In this document: one piece after another, positions 1 to 9,902 of the stretch
Position numbering within the stretch: position 1 is the first letter of the stretch
How the letters are laid out: every line of letters starts with the position of its first letter
Assembly: GCA_964454105.1 (NCBI GenBank)
Contig: CAYVQH010000001.1
Coordinates: 6,410-70,409, forward strand
DNA: 64,000 bases
Direction of reading: 5' to 3'
Source: an uncultured Halobacteriales archaeon
Lineage (GTDB): Archaea; Halobacteriota; Halobacteria; Halobacteriales; Halalkalicoccaceae
Notes under the pieces: generated by a model
The model's input: only the letters and a program-made list of their open reading frames with translations
Databases searched by the model: none
What the model was told of the DNA's origin: nothing
Program-made: the position numbers and the translations under genes

Positions 1-2251
1 GCGCGGCGAGGAGTTCGTCCTTCCGGAGGAACCAGACGTCGTCGGTATCGGACAACTGCCCGTCGGCGACGAGCGTCGCGCCCGCCTCGCGAAGGACGTC
101 GCGCCACGCGGCGAAGGCGTGTGCGAGACCGTGTTTCGGGTACTCCCGGGTCTGGATGTAGCCGCGATATGTCCGGATCACCCGTCGGACGAGTCGTCTC
201 CGGATCGGACCCAAGAGCCCGTGATCGGCCCGCCGTTCGAGTCGCTCGGCCGCCGCGTGTGCCTCTCGCTCCAGTCGGTCGAGACGTGCGCGGTGTTCGC
301 CCGCTTCGCCGTGTTCGAGGTTCGCGCGAACCGCCGCGAGCAGTCCCGACGGGTCCTCGTGCCAGCGGGGCCGACTGGCGTCAATCTCGCCGGTCGCGCG
401 GTGGCCGAACTCGTCGAGGTATGCGTCGAACGCGGATCGGAAGACGTCCCCACCCTCGACCGATTCGACCTCCTCGAGCGTTTTCCCCTCCCGGAGGGCC
501 ACAGTGACGGCCGGGTGTTCGCGGGCGACGTCCGCGAGGTCACCCAACCCGAGGTTGATTCGCGTCACCAGTTCGTGGGGAAATCCCCGTCCGACGGCGT
601 TGACGTCCTCCGACGCGTCCGGAAAGTGCCGTTCGAGCCAGCCTGACGCGAAAAGGGACGCGTACAGCGGACCGATCGGCGGGAAATCGATGGCCCCGGC
701 CGAGAGATCGAACGCGGCGCGAGCACGCTCCGCGGGCGTGTCGGGCGCACGAATCTCGGCGGCAACGCCTCGTCCCCAGTCGATCCACATCGCCTCCTCG
801 CGCTCGGGAGGGGCCGGTTCCCCGATGAACGCCCCGACGAACCCGTCGACCATCATCGACGGGAGAGGAAAGCCCGCTCGTGCGCTCGTCAGGAGTGCAC
901 GGCCGATCCGGGACGACGTCGTGAGCGCGTCGCCGACCGTTCGGTCCTGCTGGAACTCCTCGCCGCGGCGGCTCAGCAGGTCCTCGAAGGCGGCCCCGAC
1001 CGCCTCGCTCATCGTCGCCAGTCGGTCCGGAAGGCGACGTCTGAGAGGGCCGATTCGTAGCATCGGCGTCAGGTCGATGTAGACGCGCCCGCCGGCTTCG
1101 GCGGCCCACTGCGTTTCGGGGTTCGCTCCCCACTCCGCCATGGAGGTTCGAATGTACGCCAACCAGATGTCTCGCACGAGCGGCGGCATCGCCTCGCCGA
1201 ACGCCTGGGCATGGCCCATGCTGTAATAGACGTGCAGGCGGTCGTCCGACGGCGGGGGTGACGGCACGGGAAACAGCGACGTGATCGGCCGGGCCTGAAC
1301 GATGAAGAACTCGCCGTCGGCCAGACACCACTCGACGTCCTGCGGACACCCGAACAGCTCCTCGATCCGCGTCCCGATCCCCACGAGCGTCCGGACCTGC
1401 TCGTCCGAAAGCACGCGCCTCGTGCGATCGGCCGGCGGGAGTTCGATCGTCTCGGTGCCGCCACCCGGCAGCGATCGGACCGCGATCCGCTGGTCCCCGA
1501 CCTCGTAGTCGAGCACCGCCCCGGATCGCTCATCGACCTGAACCGTATCGGCGCTCGCGGCGCCCGAGACCAGCGCCTCGCCGAGTCCGAGGCCGGCCTC
1601 GACTGACGCGACGTGGCGGTTGCCCGTCGTCGGATCGGCCGTGAAGCAAATGCCCGAGACGTCGGGAGCGACCATCCGCTGGACAACGACCGCGAGCGCG
1701 ACGTTCTCGTGGGAAACGTCGTTCCTGGTCCGGTAAGCGATCGCGCGGTCGGTGAAGAGGCTCGCCATGCAGGCGCGAATCCGATCGAGAACCTCGTCGG
1801 CACCCCGAACGTTGAGGAACGTCTCCTGTTGGCCCGCGAACGACGCCTCGGGGAGGTCTTCGGCCGTCGCGCTCGATCGAACGGCGTAGCCCTGCTCGGG
1901 ATCACTCGCCGTCGTATCGAGGACGGTCCCGATGGCGTCCTGCACCGCCTGGGGAAACTCGCGTTCCTCGATTCGAGCGCGGAGGTCGGCCCCTACGTCC
2001 GCGATCGCCGCCGTATCGGATGGATCGATCGTCGATAACGCGCGGATCTGATCCCGGATGGCCGGATCGTCGAGCAGTGCATCGTACGCGGCGGTCGTCA
2101 CGCAGAACCCGTCAGGAACCGGAACGCCGGCAGTGGCGAGACGCGCCAGATTTGCACCCTTGCCGCCGACGAGTACGCGAGACGTCGCGCGCTCGTCGTC
2201 GAACGCTACGACGTACGTTTCCGTTGACTCGGTGTGTTCGAGGTCACTCAT
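1..2251 (-). CDS. PEP/pyruvate-binding (PPDK_N) domain kinase with rifampin-phosphotransferase-like architecture; 3' end lies outside the window
   Basis: Translated by hand from ATG at 2251 (absent from the ORF track because it runs off the window): VGGKGANL, AVRSSATAEDLPEASFAGQQETFLN, PQDVEW, IVQARPIT, then a helical domain with FGHRATGEID..PRWHEDP. Confidence 0.88.
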   Translation of the reverse strand, partial: MSDLEHTESTETYVVAFDDERATSRVLVGGKGANLARLATAGVPVPDGFCVTTAAYDALLDDPAIRDQIRALSTIDPSDTAAIADVGADLRARIEEREFPQAVQDAIGTVLDTTASDPEQGYAVRSSATAEDLPEASFAGQQETFLNVRGADEVLDRIRACMASLFTDRAIAYRTRNDVSHENVALAVVVQRMVAPDVSGICFTADPTTGNRHVASVEAGLGLGEALVSGAASADTVQVDERSGAVLDYEVGDQRIAVRSLPGGGTETIELPPADRTRRVLSDEQVRTLVGIGTRIEELFGCPQDVEWCLADGEFFIVQARPITSLFPVPSPPPSDDRLHVYYSMGHAQAFGEAMPPLVRDIWLAYIRTSMAEWGANPETQWAAEAGGRVYIDLTPMLRIGPLRRRLPDRLATMSEAVGAAFEDLLSRRGEEFQQDRTVGDALTTSSRIGRALLTSARAGFPLPSMMVDGFVGAFIGEPAPPEREEAMWIDWGRGVAAEIRAPDTPAERARAAFDLSAGAIDFPPIGPLYASLFASGWLERHFPDASEDVNAVGRGFPHELVTRINLGLGDLADVAREHPAVTVALREGKTLEEVESVEGGDVFRSAFDAYLDEFGHRATGEIDASRPRWHEDPSGLLAAVRANLEHGEAGEHRARLDRLEREAHAAAERLERRADHGLLGPIRRRLVRRVIRTYRGYIQTREYPKHGLAHAFAAWRDVLREAGATLVADGQLSDTDDVWFLRKDELLAA

Positions 2252-2826
2252 GGTACTTCACTCCGGGGGCTGCGTCGTCGATCGGGTCGACTCGCCTCCA
2301 TTCGGTGTCTGTTGAACGTCATCATACCTATGTGTTACTTCGACGTCCCAAGAGCGAAGCAACGAAACTCGGCGATCACGTTGGTTTCGACTGCCCTCCA
2401 TACGTGCTCGTTGTCGAGGGAGGAATACCTATATTTAGGATGATACTCCGTTTTCGTTTTCGGATGCATACGCTAGTGCTGGGGCCAGGGTTCGAACGAG
2501 TCGTGCGATGAGCGCATCGGTCGCTCGGATTTCGTCGCCGTCGTTGATTACATGCGATGTTCCTCCCGTTACAGCGACGTCCGCAGGCTCGTGTGATGTC
2601 GTAGTTCTCGTCCAGGAGACAGGGACACGCTAACAGCGGCTCTTCGCCCATCAAACCCAGTGTGCTGAAATTCACGTCGAGTGTGAGTCACTCGACTTCA
2701 AATGAGAATCAAACACCTCTCTAAAGCGCTCGATCCCGCGTGCTACGGGTCCTGAGTGACTTGCTCCGCTCTACTGCGTTCGGGTCTCCCCGGCGCCTTC
2801 CTCTGTTGGGACGACTCGTTCCAGCA

Positions 2827-2891
2827 CTTACAATCAATAGTTACAATCGTACGTTACAAGTGTTGGTTACAAATGATTGTAGCAAATATTC
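2827..2891 (+). repeat. Five degenerate 13-bp tandem repeats, core GTTACAA(A)T
   Basis: cttacaatcaata/gttacaatcgtac/gttacaagtgttg/gttacaaatgatt/gtagcaaatattc starting at 2827, 2840, 2853, 2866, 2879. Confidence 0.75.
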
Positions 2892-3146
2892 CTGTCGCTG
2901 TGTCGAAACTCGTCTCCAGTTTCCTGTGTCAAGGATGGGTTGATCGATGGTGTCGGCTTGCCGGTGAAGACAGACACTGCACGGTATCCACACGGCCGCC
3001 TGCAAGCTCGTCCGCAACCGTCACGGTCAACTCGAACGATTACAATCCCATTTCATTACTTTTATTTTAATTTGTATAAATATACTTTATAATGTAAAGA
3101 GAGTTATTATCAAGCGATTCCTAGTCTACTGTTGGGAAGTGATTTT

Positions 3147-4745
3147 ATGAAACGACGAAGCGTTGTCGGGGGGTTGTTCGTGTTGGGAACTGGTGTGCTG
3201 GGATGGGTGTACGGTACCGTCGATCGTGTGGAAGCATCAGAGGGCGTATCCGAGGATCCAGAACCGATCGATCCCGGAACGACAGTTGATGGCACGGTCG
3301 CCGTCGGCGAAGAAGCGTGGTACGCGATCGAACTCTCGGCCGAGGAGACGCTCAGTGTCGTGTTCGACTCGGAGTTCGGTGATTGGGCTGAACAACGGGC
3401 TGTGATCAGTGTATCCGACTCTGACGGCACCGTTCTGGATTCGGTGGAGATGAGCACCGACGAGCCGATCCGAACGGCCATCGGGACGACAGTGGCGGAA
3501 CCGGGCACGTATGTCGTGCGGATCGCATCTCTGGATGGCGAGATCCCCTATTCGGTGACGATCGATGTCGCTGACGAGGATCCGAACGAACCGAACGGTA
3601 ACCGCCAGAGAGCAGCCGATATCGCCGTCGGCGAGTCCAGTGATGGCGTGGTCATCGGCGGCGAGGAGGACTGGTTCGCCTTCGATGCCGTGGCCGGTGA
3701 GGGGATCGAACTGGAGCTCACTGCCCGCGACCTCGCGCTCAATCGTGACATCGCGATGGCGCTCTTCGATCCGAACGGAACCGAGATCGGCGCTCTTCCG
3801 ACCGACAATCCGTACCGCGGCGCGTATCGAACCGATTATCAGCTCCTCGCGGCAGTCGGTAGCGTCCCGCCTTCGAGGGATTCATCGGTCGTCGGAGCCG
3901 ATGTTGCCGAGGAGACCGGGAGATACTACGTTCGGGTGAGCGAGGTCGGACCCGACACCGTTCACGGAGAGGTACGCGGCTTCACCGCCTACACACTCAC
4001 AGTCGAGACGACCGAACTCGACGAGTTCGATCCGAATGAACGCCGGGAGACCGCGACACGACTCGAATCAGGCGAGACGATCGATGCCGTCATCGCCGGG
4101 TACGACCGAGACTGGTATGCATTCGACGTCGAAGAAGACGACGAGATCACGGTCGTCTACGAGATCGTTCAGGAGATGGATCTGTTCGACCCGACGCTCG
4201 TACTGCACACACCGGGCGGCGAACCCATTTCGCTTGACCGCTCCGCCGATGGAGTAACGGTGGTGGCGACGACGACCGGAACATGGTACCTCCTCGTCAC
4301 TCCCGACGACGACACCACTGCCAGAGACTTCGTTGCGAGGGAGACCTACCGGCTGACGATCGTCGTTGGCGACGAGGACCGCACTGATCGAGCGAGCGTG
4401 ACCATCACCGATCAGACGTCCGATGGAACGTGGCTCATCGTCGACGACGTGACGGTTCCTGAGGGCGGGTTCGTGGCGATCCACGACGAGACGTTACTCA
4501 CGGCGAACGACCCGTTCGGAAGCATTCGTGGCGTCTCGTCGTACCTCGAGGTGGGCAGTCACGAGCGAGTAGCGGTCTCCCTCGATGAGCCGATCGAGGA
4601 AACTCAGCGGCTGTGGGTGATGGCGCATGACGACACGAACGAAACCCGTGAGTTCGACTTCGAAACCACTGGCGGCGAAGAGGACGGACCGTACACGTTC
4701 GACGATCGACCGGTGATGGCTGATGCCTGTATCACCATCGTGTGA
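3147..4745 (+). CDS. Secreted/surface protein with PPC-like beta-sandwich repeats and a C-terminal haloarchaeal surface domain
   Basis: MKRRSVV twin-Arg-like signal plus hydrophobic stretch; repeated (D)WY/FAF, YxVRV and DPNEPN/DEFDPNE motifs; C-terminal VPEGGFVAIHD...MAHDDT. Confidence 0.8.
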   Translation: MKRRSVVGGLFVLGTGVLGWVYGTVDRVEASEGVSEDPEPIDPGTTVDGTVAVGEEAWYAIELSAEETLSVVFDSEFGDWAEQRAVISVSDSDGTVLDSVEMSTDEPIRTAIGTTVAEPGTYVVRIASLDGEIPYSVTIDVADEDPNEPNGNRQRAADIAVGESSDGVVIGGEEDWFAFDAVAGEGIELELTARDLALNRDIAMALFDPNGTEIGALPTDNPYRGAYRTDYQLLAAVGSVPPSRDSSVVGADVAEETGRYYVRVSEVGPDTVHGEVRGFTAYTLTVETTELDEFDPNERRETATRLESGETIDAVIAGYDRDWYAFDVEEDDEITVVYEIVQEMDLFDPTLVLHTPGGEPISLDRSADGVTVVATTTGTWYLLVTPDDDTTARDFVARETYRLTIVVGDEDRTDRASVTITDQTSDGTWLIVDDVTVPEGGFVAIHDETLLTANDPFGSIRGVSSYLEVGSHERVAVSLDEPIEETQRLWVMAHDDTNETREFDFETTGGEEDGPYTFDDRPVMADACITIV

Positions 4746-4846
4746 TTCGCGTCCATCTGCGATCGTCCTCCGGCGCGACGTTTCGTGCTCGGACCGGACG
4801 GCCGTCTTCACCGTACCGACAACGGCACGTTCCGGTGCTTTGATGA

Positions 4847-5896
4847 CTATCGGGCGGACAGGCCGACTGCCTCGGCGAGTAGTTCATCAGATCGGAGAAC
4901 GTCAGCGTGGTCGGCGAGCTGGCTCATGACGATGACCTCGTCGACACCCGTTTGGGTCGTCATCTGGTTCAAGAGCTCACGTACCGTGGTCGGACTGCCG
5001 GAGATCTGGCGGGGCCACTCGCCCGGTTCGAGAGGGGTCGGCGTCGGATCGGGCACGCCCCCCAGTTCGTCGATCGCCTCATCGACCGATCGGATCGGGG
5101 GCTGATCAGTGATGCCCCGCTCCAAACGCTGTCGGGACGCTTCCGTGGTCGCGCGGAGCCGAGCGGCTTCCTCGTCGGTTTCGGCACACGTGACGTTGAC
5201 GGCGATTGCGCCCTCCGGTTCCGTGGGACCGGCACCGAACGACGAGGGTTGGAATCGATCCCGGTATACCTCGAACGCCCGCACTGCTGGCTTGGGTCTG
5301 ATGAACGCAGCAAAGCAGTATCGAAGTCCCAACTCGCCAGCGATCGCGGCACTTGACGGACTGGAGCCGAGCACCCAGACGTCGGGGACGCTGTCGCGCG
5401 AGCGAGCCAATCGTAGGTCGCTGAACGGATGCTCGTCTTCGAATCCGTCGTAGAGATGCGAGGCGACTTCCTCGATCTTCTCCGCGTGGTCGTTGCGGTG
5501 CTGTTGGTTGCTTCGATCCTCCCGTAGGGCGTGATCGGACACCGGATTGCCCGTCGCTCGACCGAGTCCGAGATCGATACGATCGGGAGCCAGCGCATCG
5601 AGAACGCTGAACGTCTCGGCCACCTTGTACGGGCTGTAATGGTTGAGAAGCACCGTCCCGGATCCGACCCGAATATCGGAGGTCTTGGCCGCAAGGTGTG
5701 CGATCAGTACTTCCGGGGTCGTACTGGCTAACCGATCAGTGAAATCGTGGTGTTCGGCGACCCAGAACCGTGAATAGCCGAGAGTCTCCGCCTGACGGGC
5801 TCGCTCAACCGTGTCTTCGAAGGCTTCGGTTGCCGTACCGTCCTCCGGAATCGGCGCGAGATCAACGATCGACAGATCGGTAGGCAAACCAGACAT
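4847..5896 (-). CDS. LLM-class (luciferase-like) flavin-dependent oxidoreductase
   Basis: GYSRFWVAEHH, IRVGSG, RIDLGLGRA, VWVLGSS motifs. Confidence 0.92.
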   Translation of the reverse strand: MSGLPTDLSIVDLAPIPEDGTATEAFEDTVERARQAETLGYSRFWVAEHHDFTDRLASTTPEVLIAHLAAKTSDIRVGSGTVLLNHYSPYKVAETFSVLDALAPDRIDLGLGRATGNPVSDHALREDRSNQQHRNDHAEKIEEVASHLYDGFEDEHPFSDLRLARSRDSVPDVWVLGSSPSSAAIAGELGLRYCFAAFIRPKPAVRAFEVYRDRFQPSSFGAGPTEPEGAIAVNVTCAETDEEAARLRATTEASRQRLERGITDQPPIRSVDEAIDELGGVPDPTPTPLEPGEWPRQISGSPTTVRELLNQMTTQTGVDEVIVMSQLADHADVLRSDELLAEAVGLSAR

Positions 5897-6088
5897 CACC
5901 GAAACGGAGGGCCTCTCGCCATCTGAATGTTCGGTTCATACCGACGCGCTGAGGTCCCGAAGATCGTGACGAACACTCCGTGAACGTATCAGCCGGACCC
6001 ACCGATAGAGATACCGGTTTCACCCGCTCCGGAGTCGGAGACGGCACTTATCGTGCGGACCCGTGCGGGTCTCCTTCCCCAGTCGGTG

Positions 6089-6664
6089 CTATCGATAGAG
6101 GAAGGATTCCTGAAAGTTGACGAGGTGTCTATCGCGAGCAGTTGCCGGGACTGCATCGCTGTCGACTAACTGACAGTTTTCCTCCGGCAACGCCGCTAAG
6201 CAGTCCGCAAGCGCGTCGACGTTCTGGCGCGCGATTCGTCCGCTTTTGCTCGGATCATGCTCCGCGATGCGAACGTTCTCTTGGATACGTGCAGTATTGA
6301 TCACGATCACCCCGGTCTCACTGTCTTGGAAGACCTGCGTGAATCGGTCAAGCACGGAGACGAGGTCCTGTAGTCGGCTCGTCGACCCGCTCGCGTCGAA
6401 ACGACTCGCGCCCGGTGGAAAGAGCGACGGATACCCCTCGCTATCGGTCAAATTGCCAGCGAATCCGTTCCGATTCGTTTCGGTCAGCAGCGTCGTCACA
6501 GCCGCTTCAACGTCCGGTGACGGCGACTGTGGGATCCGTAACATGAGGTATTCACCGGTGAGATCCTCCGTCGAGATTGGTGATTCGTAGGGCTGTGATC
6601 GTTGCTGATGACGACGGGGGAGACGCTGTAAAACGGCCGTAAAGATCGATCTGATGGCAACCAT
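6089..6664 (-). CDS. Hypothetical protein
   Basis: 191-aa ORF with ATG start and an upstream AT-rich promoter-like tract (about 6695-6730); no recognised motif. Confidence 0.55.
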   Translation of the reverse strand: MVAIRSIFTAVLQRLPRRHQQRSQPYESPISTEDLTGEYLMLRIPQSPSPDVEAAVTTLLTETNRNGFAGNLTDSEGYPSLFPPGASRFDASGSTSRLQDLVSVLDRFTQVFQDSETGVIVINTARIQENVRIAEHDPSKSGRIARQNVDALADCLAALPEENCQLVDSDAVPATARDRHLVNFQESFLYR

Positions 6665-6965
6665 TACTTAGAGGGAGAGTACACCGAGTCCGCGATTAAA
6701 CGTTTCTACATATATATACTAACCATAATTGAACGGATGAAATATCTATTCGTGAACCGTCATCACTGACGAACGTTCTAGGACGGAAGAGTCACATCAA
6801 CTGTTGATGCACGCTTCCGGGACACTGGAAGAGAGTGGGGGGCACAGCGAAGGCACGATCGGGGCAGGATACCGATTCGGGAACCGGTCGAAAGGTACTG
6901 GCGAGAACCGAGGACGGCCACAAAGCGTACGGAATCGTACATCATCCGCCCCGCAGAAACCCGTT

Positions 6966-7250
6966 CTAGTGGGAATGGCCGGTCATCTCGGCGAAGGACG
7001 CACCGAACCGTTCCTCGAATAGTGCCATTGTCTCTTCCTCGATCGTTCGGACCTCCTCGTCCGGTTCGCCCTGAGAGTGATGGGTCAGTCCGTGGACCTG
7101 CTGTGCACAGGACAACAGCGCGAGATCGCCAAGCGTCTCAGCGGGTGATTCCTCACCCTCTGCCAGCATCGACAGGAGCGGCGCCGGAACCGATACCTCG
7201 TCCGTCGATCCATCATCGCCATCGATGTCGAACGTGATCGTGTCGGCCAT
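6966..7250 (-). CDS. Small acidic conserved haloarchaeal hypothetical protein
   Basis: GGAGG RBS before ATG 7250; acidic 94 aa ending FEERFGASFAEMTGHSH. Confidence 0.8.
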   Translation of the reverse strand: MADTITFDIDGDDGSTDEVSVPAPLLSMLAEGEESPAETLGDLALLSCAQQVHGLTHHSQGEPDEEVRTIEEETMALFEERFGASFAEMTGHSH

Positions 7251-7446
7251 GGTACCTCCTTGAGGAGGAGGATGAAAACATCCATTGATAGTGGTCAGCC
7301 TTTCAGCCGACTCGACCACCACCGCACCTGCTCTTCGATTCGAAGGGAACCGTGTTCGAGAGCAGAAGAGACGTATCCGTTCAACAGAAGTACCGGAAGA
7401 AGAGATTCAGACGCGCTTTGGAGTAGCTAGTAGCTAGTAGGGGGAT

Positions 7447-7827
7447 TCAAGCGCCTGACTCAGTGGAGACATACGAGTCACGCCATCCCTCGTTAGCTCG
7501 GCGCTTCTGGTTCAGCCAACGCCGTGCATCTCTTCCGAAGAGTTCGATCCGATCGTTGTAGCTTCCGATGGCGTTTGATCGATTATAGGGAGATCTCGGG
7601 GCACGGAAGAAGCTGATGAGTGTCCACATCACGCAGGTAGCGAGGGCACCCATGGCGGAGAACGTCATTCCGAGGGTCGAGAACGTAAATGCGTAGACGC
7701 CACCGATAACCATCGATGGAAAGCTCGTCGCAAACGGAACTCTCGCGGAGGCATCTCGAAGCGTCGGCGCGAGAAAGACGATCGATAGACTACTACCGAT
7801 CATGAAAATGAAGTCCTGCCAGATCAT
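7447..7827 (-). CDS. Small membrane protein (about 3 TM)
   Basis: MIWQDFIF...LAPTLRD, hydrophobic N-terminal half, TATA-like TTTATTTA upstream on the minus strand. Confidence 0.7.
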   Translation of the reverse strand: MIWQDFIFMIGSSLSIVFLAPTLRDASARVPFATSFPSMVIGGVYAFTFSTLGMTFSAMGALATCVMWTLISFFRAPRSPYNRSNAIGSYNDRIELFGRDARRWLNQKRRANEGWRDSYVSTESGA

Positions 7828-8048
7828 GGTCGTACTTCCGTTAGGGGGGAGGGATATCGGTCGAATCTCATCAATACTTACTCAGTACGTAGTAAATAAA
7901 TACTTTCCGAATGAGAACATCATGGATTTATATGCGCGAGAGGGGACGACGCGGCATCGTCTCACGTGTGGCATGGATTTCCGAGGGTATTAATTTCTTC
8001 AATTGGACAGGTATCGCTTCACGATTTCGGGGGCGGACACGCTCGTAG

Positions 8049-8891
8049 CTACAGCCGATGGTAGAGTCCTGAATTCGGATCGAGTATGTCGGGAGCGGTC
8101 ACGCGAATCGTTCGCGAATCGATCCGTGTCACGCCCGTCGCTATGGGGAGCGCGCGTCCGAGGGGCGGCATATACTTCCGCACCCACCCCGCGACCCGAT
8201 CGATCTTCGAGATGTTTGAGGGGTCGAAATATCGGATATCCAGCCGATAGGGGGGCTCTAATGCGGTATAGGGCGGGATCTCCTCCAACCGTTCGATCGC
8301 AGCAGCAGCGCCGTCGCGGATCTCGGTGTAGACCTCGTCTCGGTCGCGATGGTGGGCCGATTCACGACCTTTGCCGTATTTCGTAACGACCGTTTCGATC
8401 TCAGGGACGAACTGGCGGGCTTCGAGGATCGCTTTGTCGTCACCGGCGATGAACACCGTCGGAACACCTTGTCGGCCCGCGATCAGCGCCCGGCAGGCGA
8501 ACTCCCCGACGAACACTCCATTGAGTCGGTAGTACTCGACCGACAGAGAGGAGTAGGTATGACACAGTGGAGCGTTCGGCGTTCCGGCCATCGCGTGCTG
8601 ACCGACGAACAACACGGCATCGCAGTCTCGAAGGTGAAAGTACGGGCGACCGCGGTCGAGATACCGTCCACCAGCGAGATCTGATGCCTGGATGCCACCG
8701 CTACCGTGACCGTCCCAAACGTCGACCGTCGCGTCCGGTGTGACGGTTCGAATACCCTCGATGCACGCGTTGACTTCACGAGCGAGCTGGTCCATCGCGG
8801 ATCGTTTCCGGTCAACTCGTCCCGTCCGGGTTTGCCGAAAGGAATCGACCCCCACCGGTCCCTCTAGATCCGTGATTATCAGAATATGCAT
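8049..8891 (-). CDS. M55 family metallopeptidase (DppA-like D-aminopeptidase)
   Basis: TDLEG, DGHG, GQHA, LCHTYS, VGE, AGDD metal-ligand motifs; start moved to MHILII. Confidence 0.9.
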   Translation of the reverse strand: MHILIITDLEGPVGVDSFRQTRTGRVDRKRSAMDQLAREVNACIEGIRTVTPDATVDVWDGHGSGGIQASDLAGGRYLDRGRPYFHLRDCDAVLFVGQHAMAGTPNAPLCHTYSSLSVEYYRLNGVFVGEFACRALIAGRQGVPTVFIAGDDKAILEARQFVPEIETVVTKYGKGRESAHHRDRDEVYTEIRDGAAAAIERLEEIPPYTALEPPYRLDIRYFDPSNISKIDRVAGWVRKYMPPLGRALPIATGVTRIDSRTIRVTAPDILDPNSGLYHRL

Positions 8892-9039
8892 ACCGATGAG
8901 GACCTCGATTTCACGGCACATGAACGTTGCTACGGCGGACGAGCGGATGCCACCCACGGGATCACCGAGGTGTCGGAGACGGGACGGGCAAATCAGGACG
9001 ATCGAGAGAGGTTTATTTCTGAATCAATTACCAGCCCGC

Positions 9040-9681
9040 ATGGATTCCCCGTTCGATGTCCTCCTGATCGATTCAGACGCGGACGAAGAGGAGGTAGATC
9101 GGGCATATCGACGGCGAGTAAAGGAAACCCATCCGGATCAGGGGGGATCCGCCAGCGAGTTTCAATCCGTGAGAGCGGCGTACGAGGCGATCAAAGCAGG
9201 ACACCTGCCCGCCAGGAGGGAGGAGAAGGAGGAGGACACGGACGAATCCCAGCAGGAGAACTCTCGAGTCGAGTATCTCAACTATGCGGTTCTCGATGAT
9301 CAGGGCTGGAATCTCGATGATGAAGACCTCTTCGAGAAGGCGTCTGCCGAGGAACTCGACACCACGGATCACGGCCGGATCGTGGTCCAACCCAACGAAT
9401 CGCTCCTCGAAGCGGCCGAAAACCGTGGATTCGCCTGGCCATACGCCTGTCGCGGGGGAGCATGCGCTAACTGTGCGGTCGCCGTAACGGAAGGCGAGGT
9501 GACGATGCCGATCAATCACATCCTCCCGGCGAGGATGATCGACCGTGGAATCAGGTTGTCCTGTAATGCTACCCCGGTCACCGATGAACTGAAGATCGTC
9601 TACAACATCAAGCATCTACCCGGTCTCGATGAACTCCGGCTACCGCCTCGTCCGTTCGAACAGGCCCATCTCAACGATTGA
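9040..9681 (+). CDS. fer: J-domain / 2Fe-2S ferredoxin fusion
   Basis: N-terminal AYRRRVKETHPDQGG (HPD); C-terminal halo-type ferredoxin VEYLNY...WPYACRGGACANC...RLSC. Confidence 0.9.
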   Translation: MDSPFDVLLIDSDADEEEVDRAYRRRVKETHPDQGGSASEFQSVRAAYEAIKAGHLPARREEKEEDTDESQQENSRVEYLNYAVLDDQGWNLDDEDLFEKASAEELDTTDHGRIVVQPNESLLEAAENRGFAWPYACRGGACANCAVAVTEGEVTMPINHILPARMIDRGIRLSCNATPVTDELKIVYNIKHLPGLDELRLPPRPFEQAHLND

Positions 9682-9902
9682 ACTCGAACAACGGCTGCGA
9701 TCGATACCGGCCGTCCTACCGATCACCATGAGATCCTCATCCAGACATCGAGAGGACACACCAATTTCCATGGCTAGTAAACGAACTTCGCGATCGGAAC
9801 GCTGAACTGGTTATGGATAACGTCTACACCCTAGCCAGGATAGCAAACCCTTGTTGATAATGGTCATCGTGGCCGAGAACCGGTGAGCAACCGTCTTCGG
9901 GT

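Noticed and set aside
2252-2800. Short ORFs between the kinase gene and the 13-bp array
   Set aside because: No motifs and atypical composition; cannot be supported as genes
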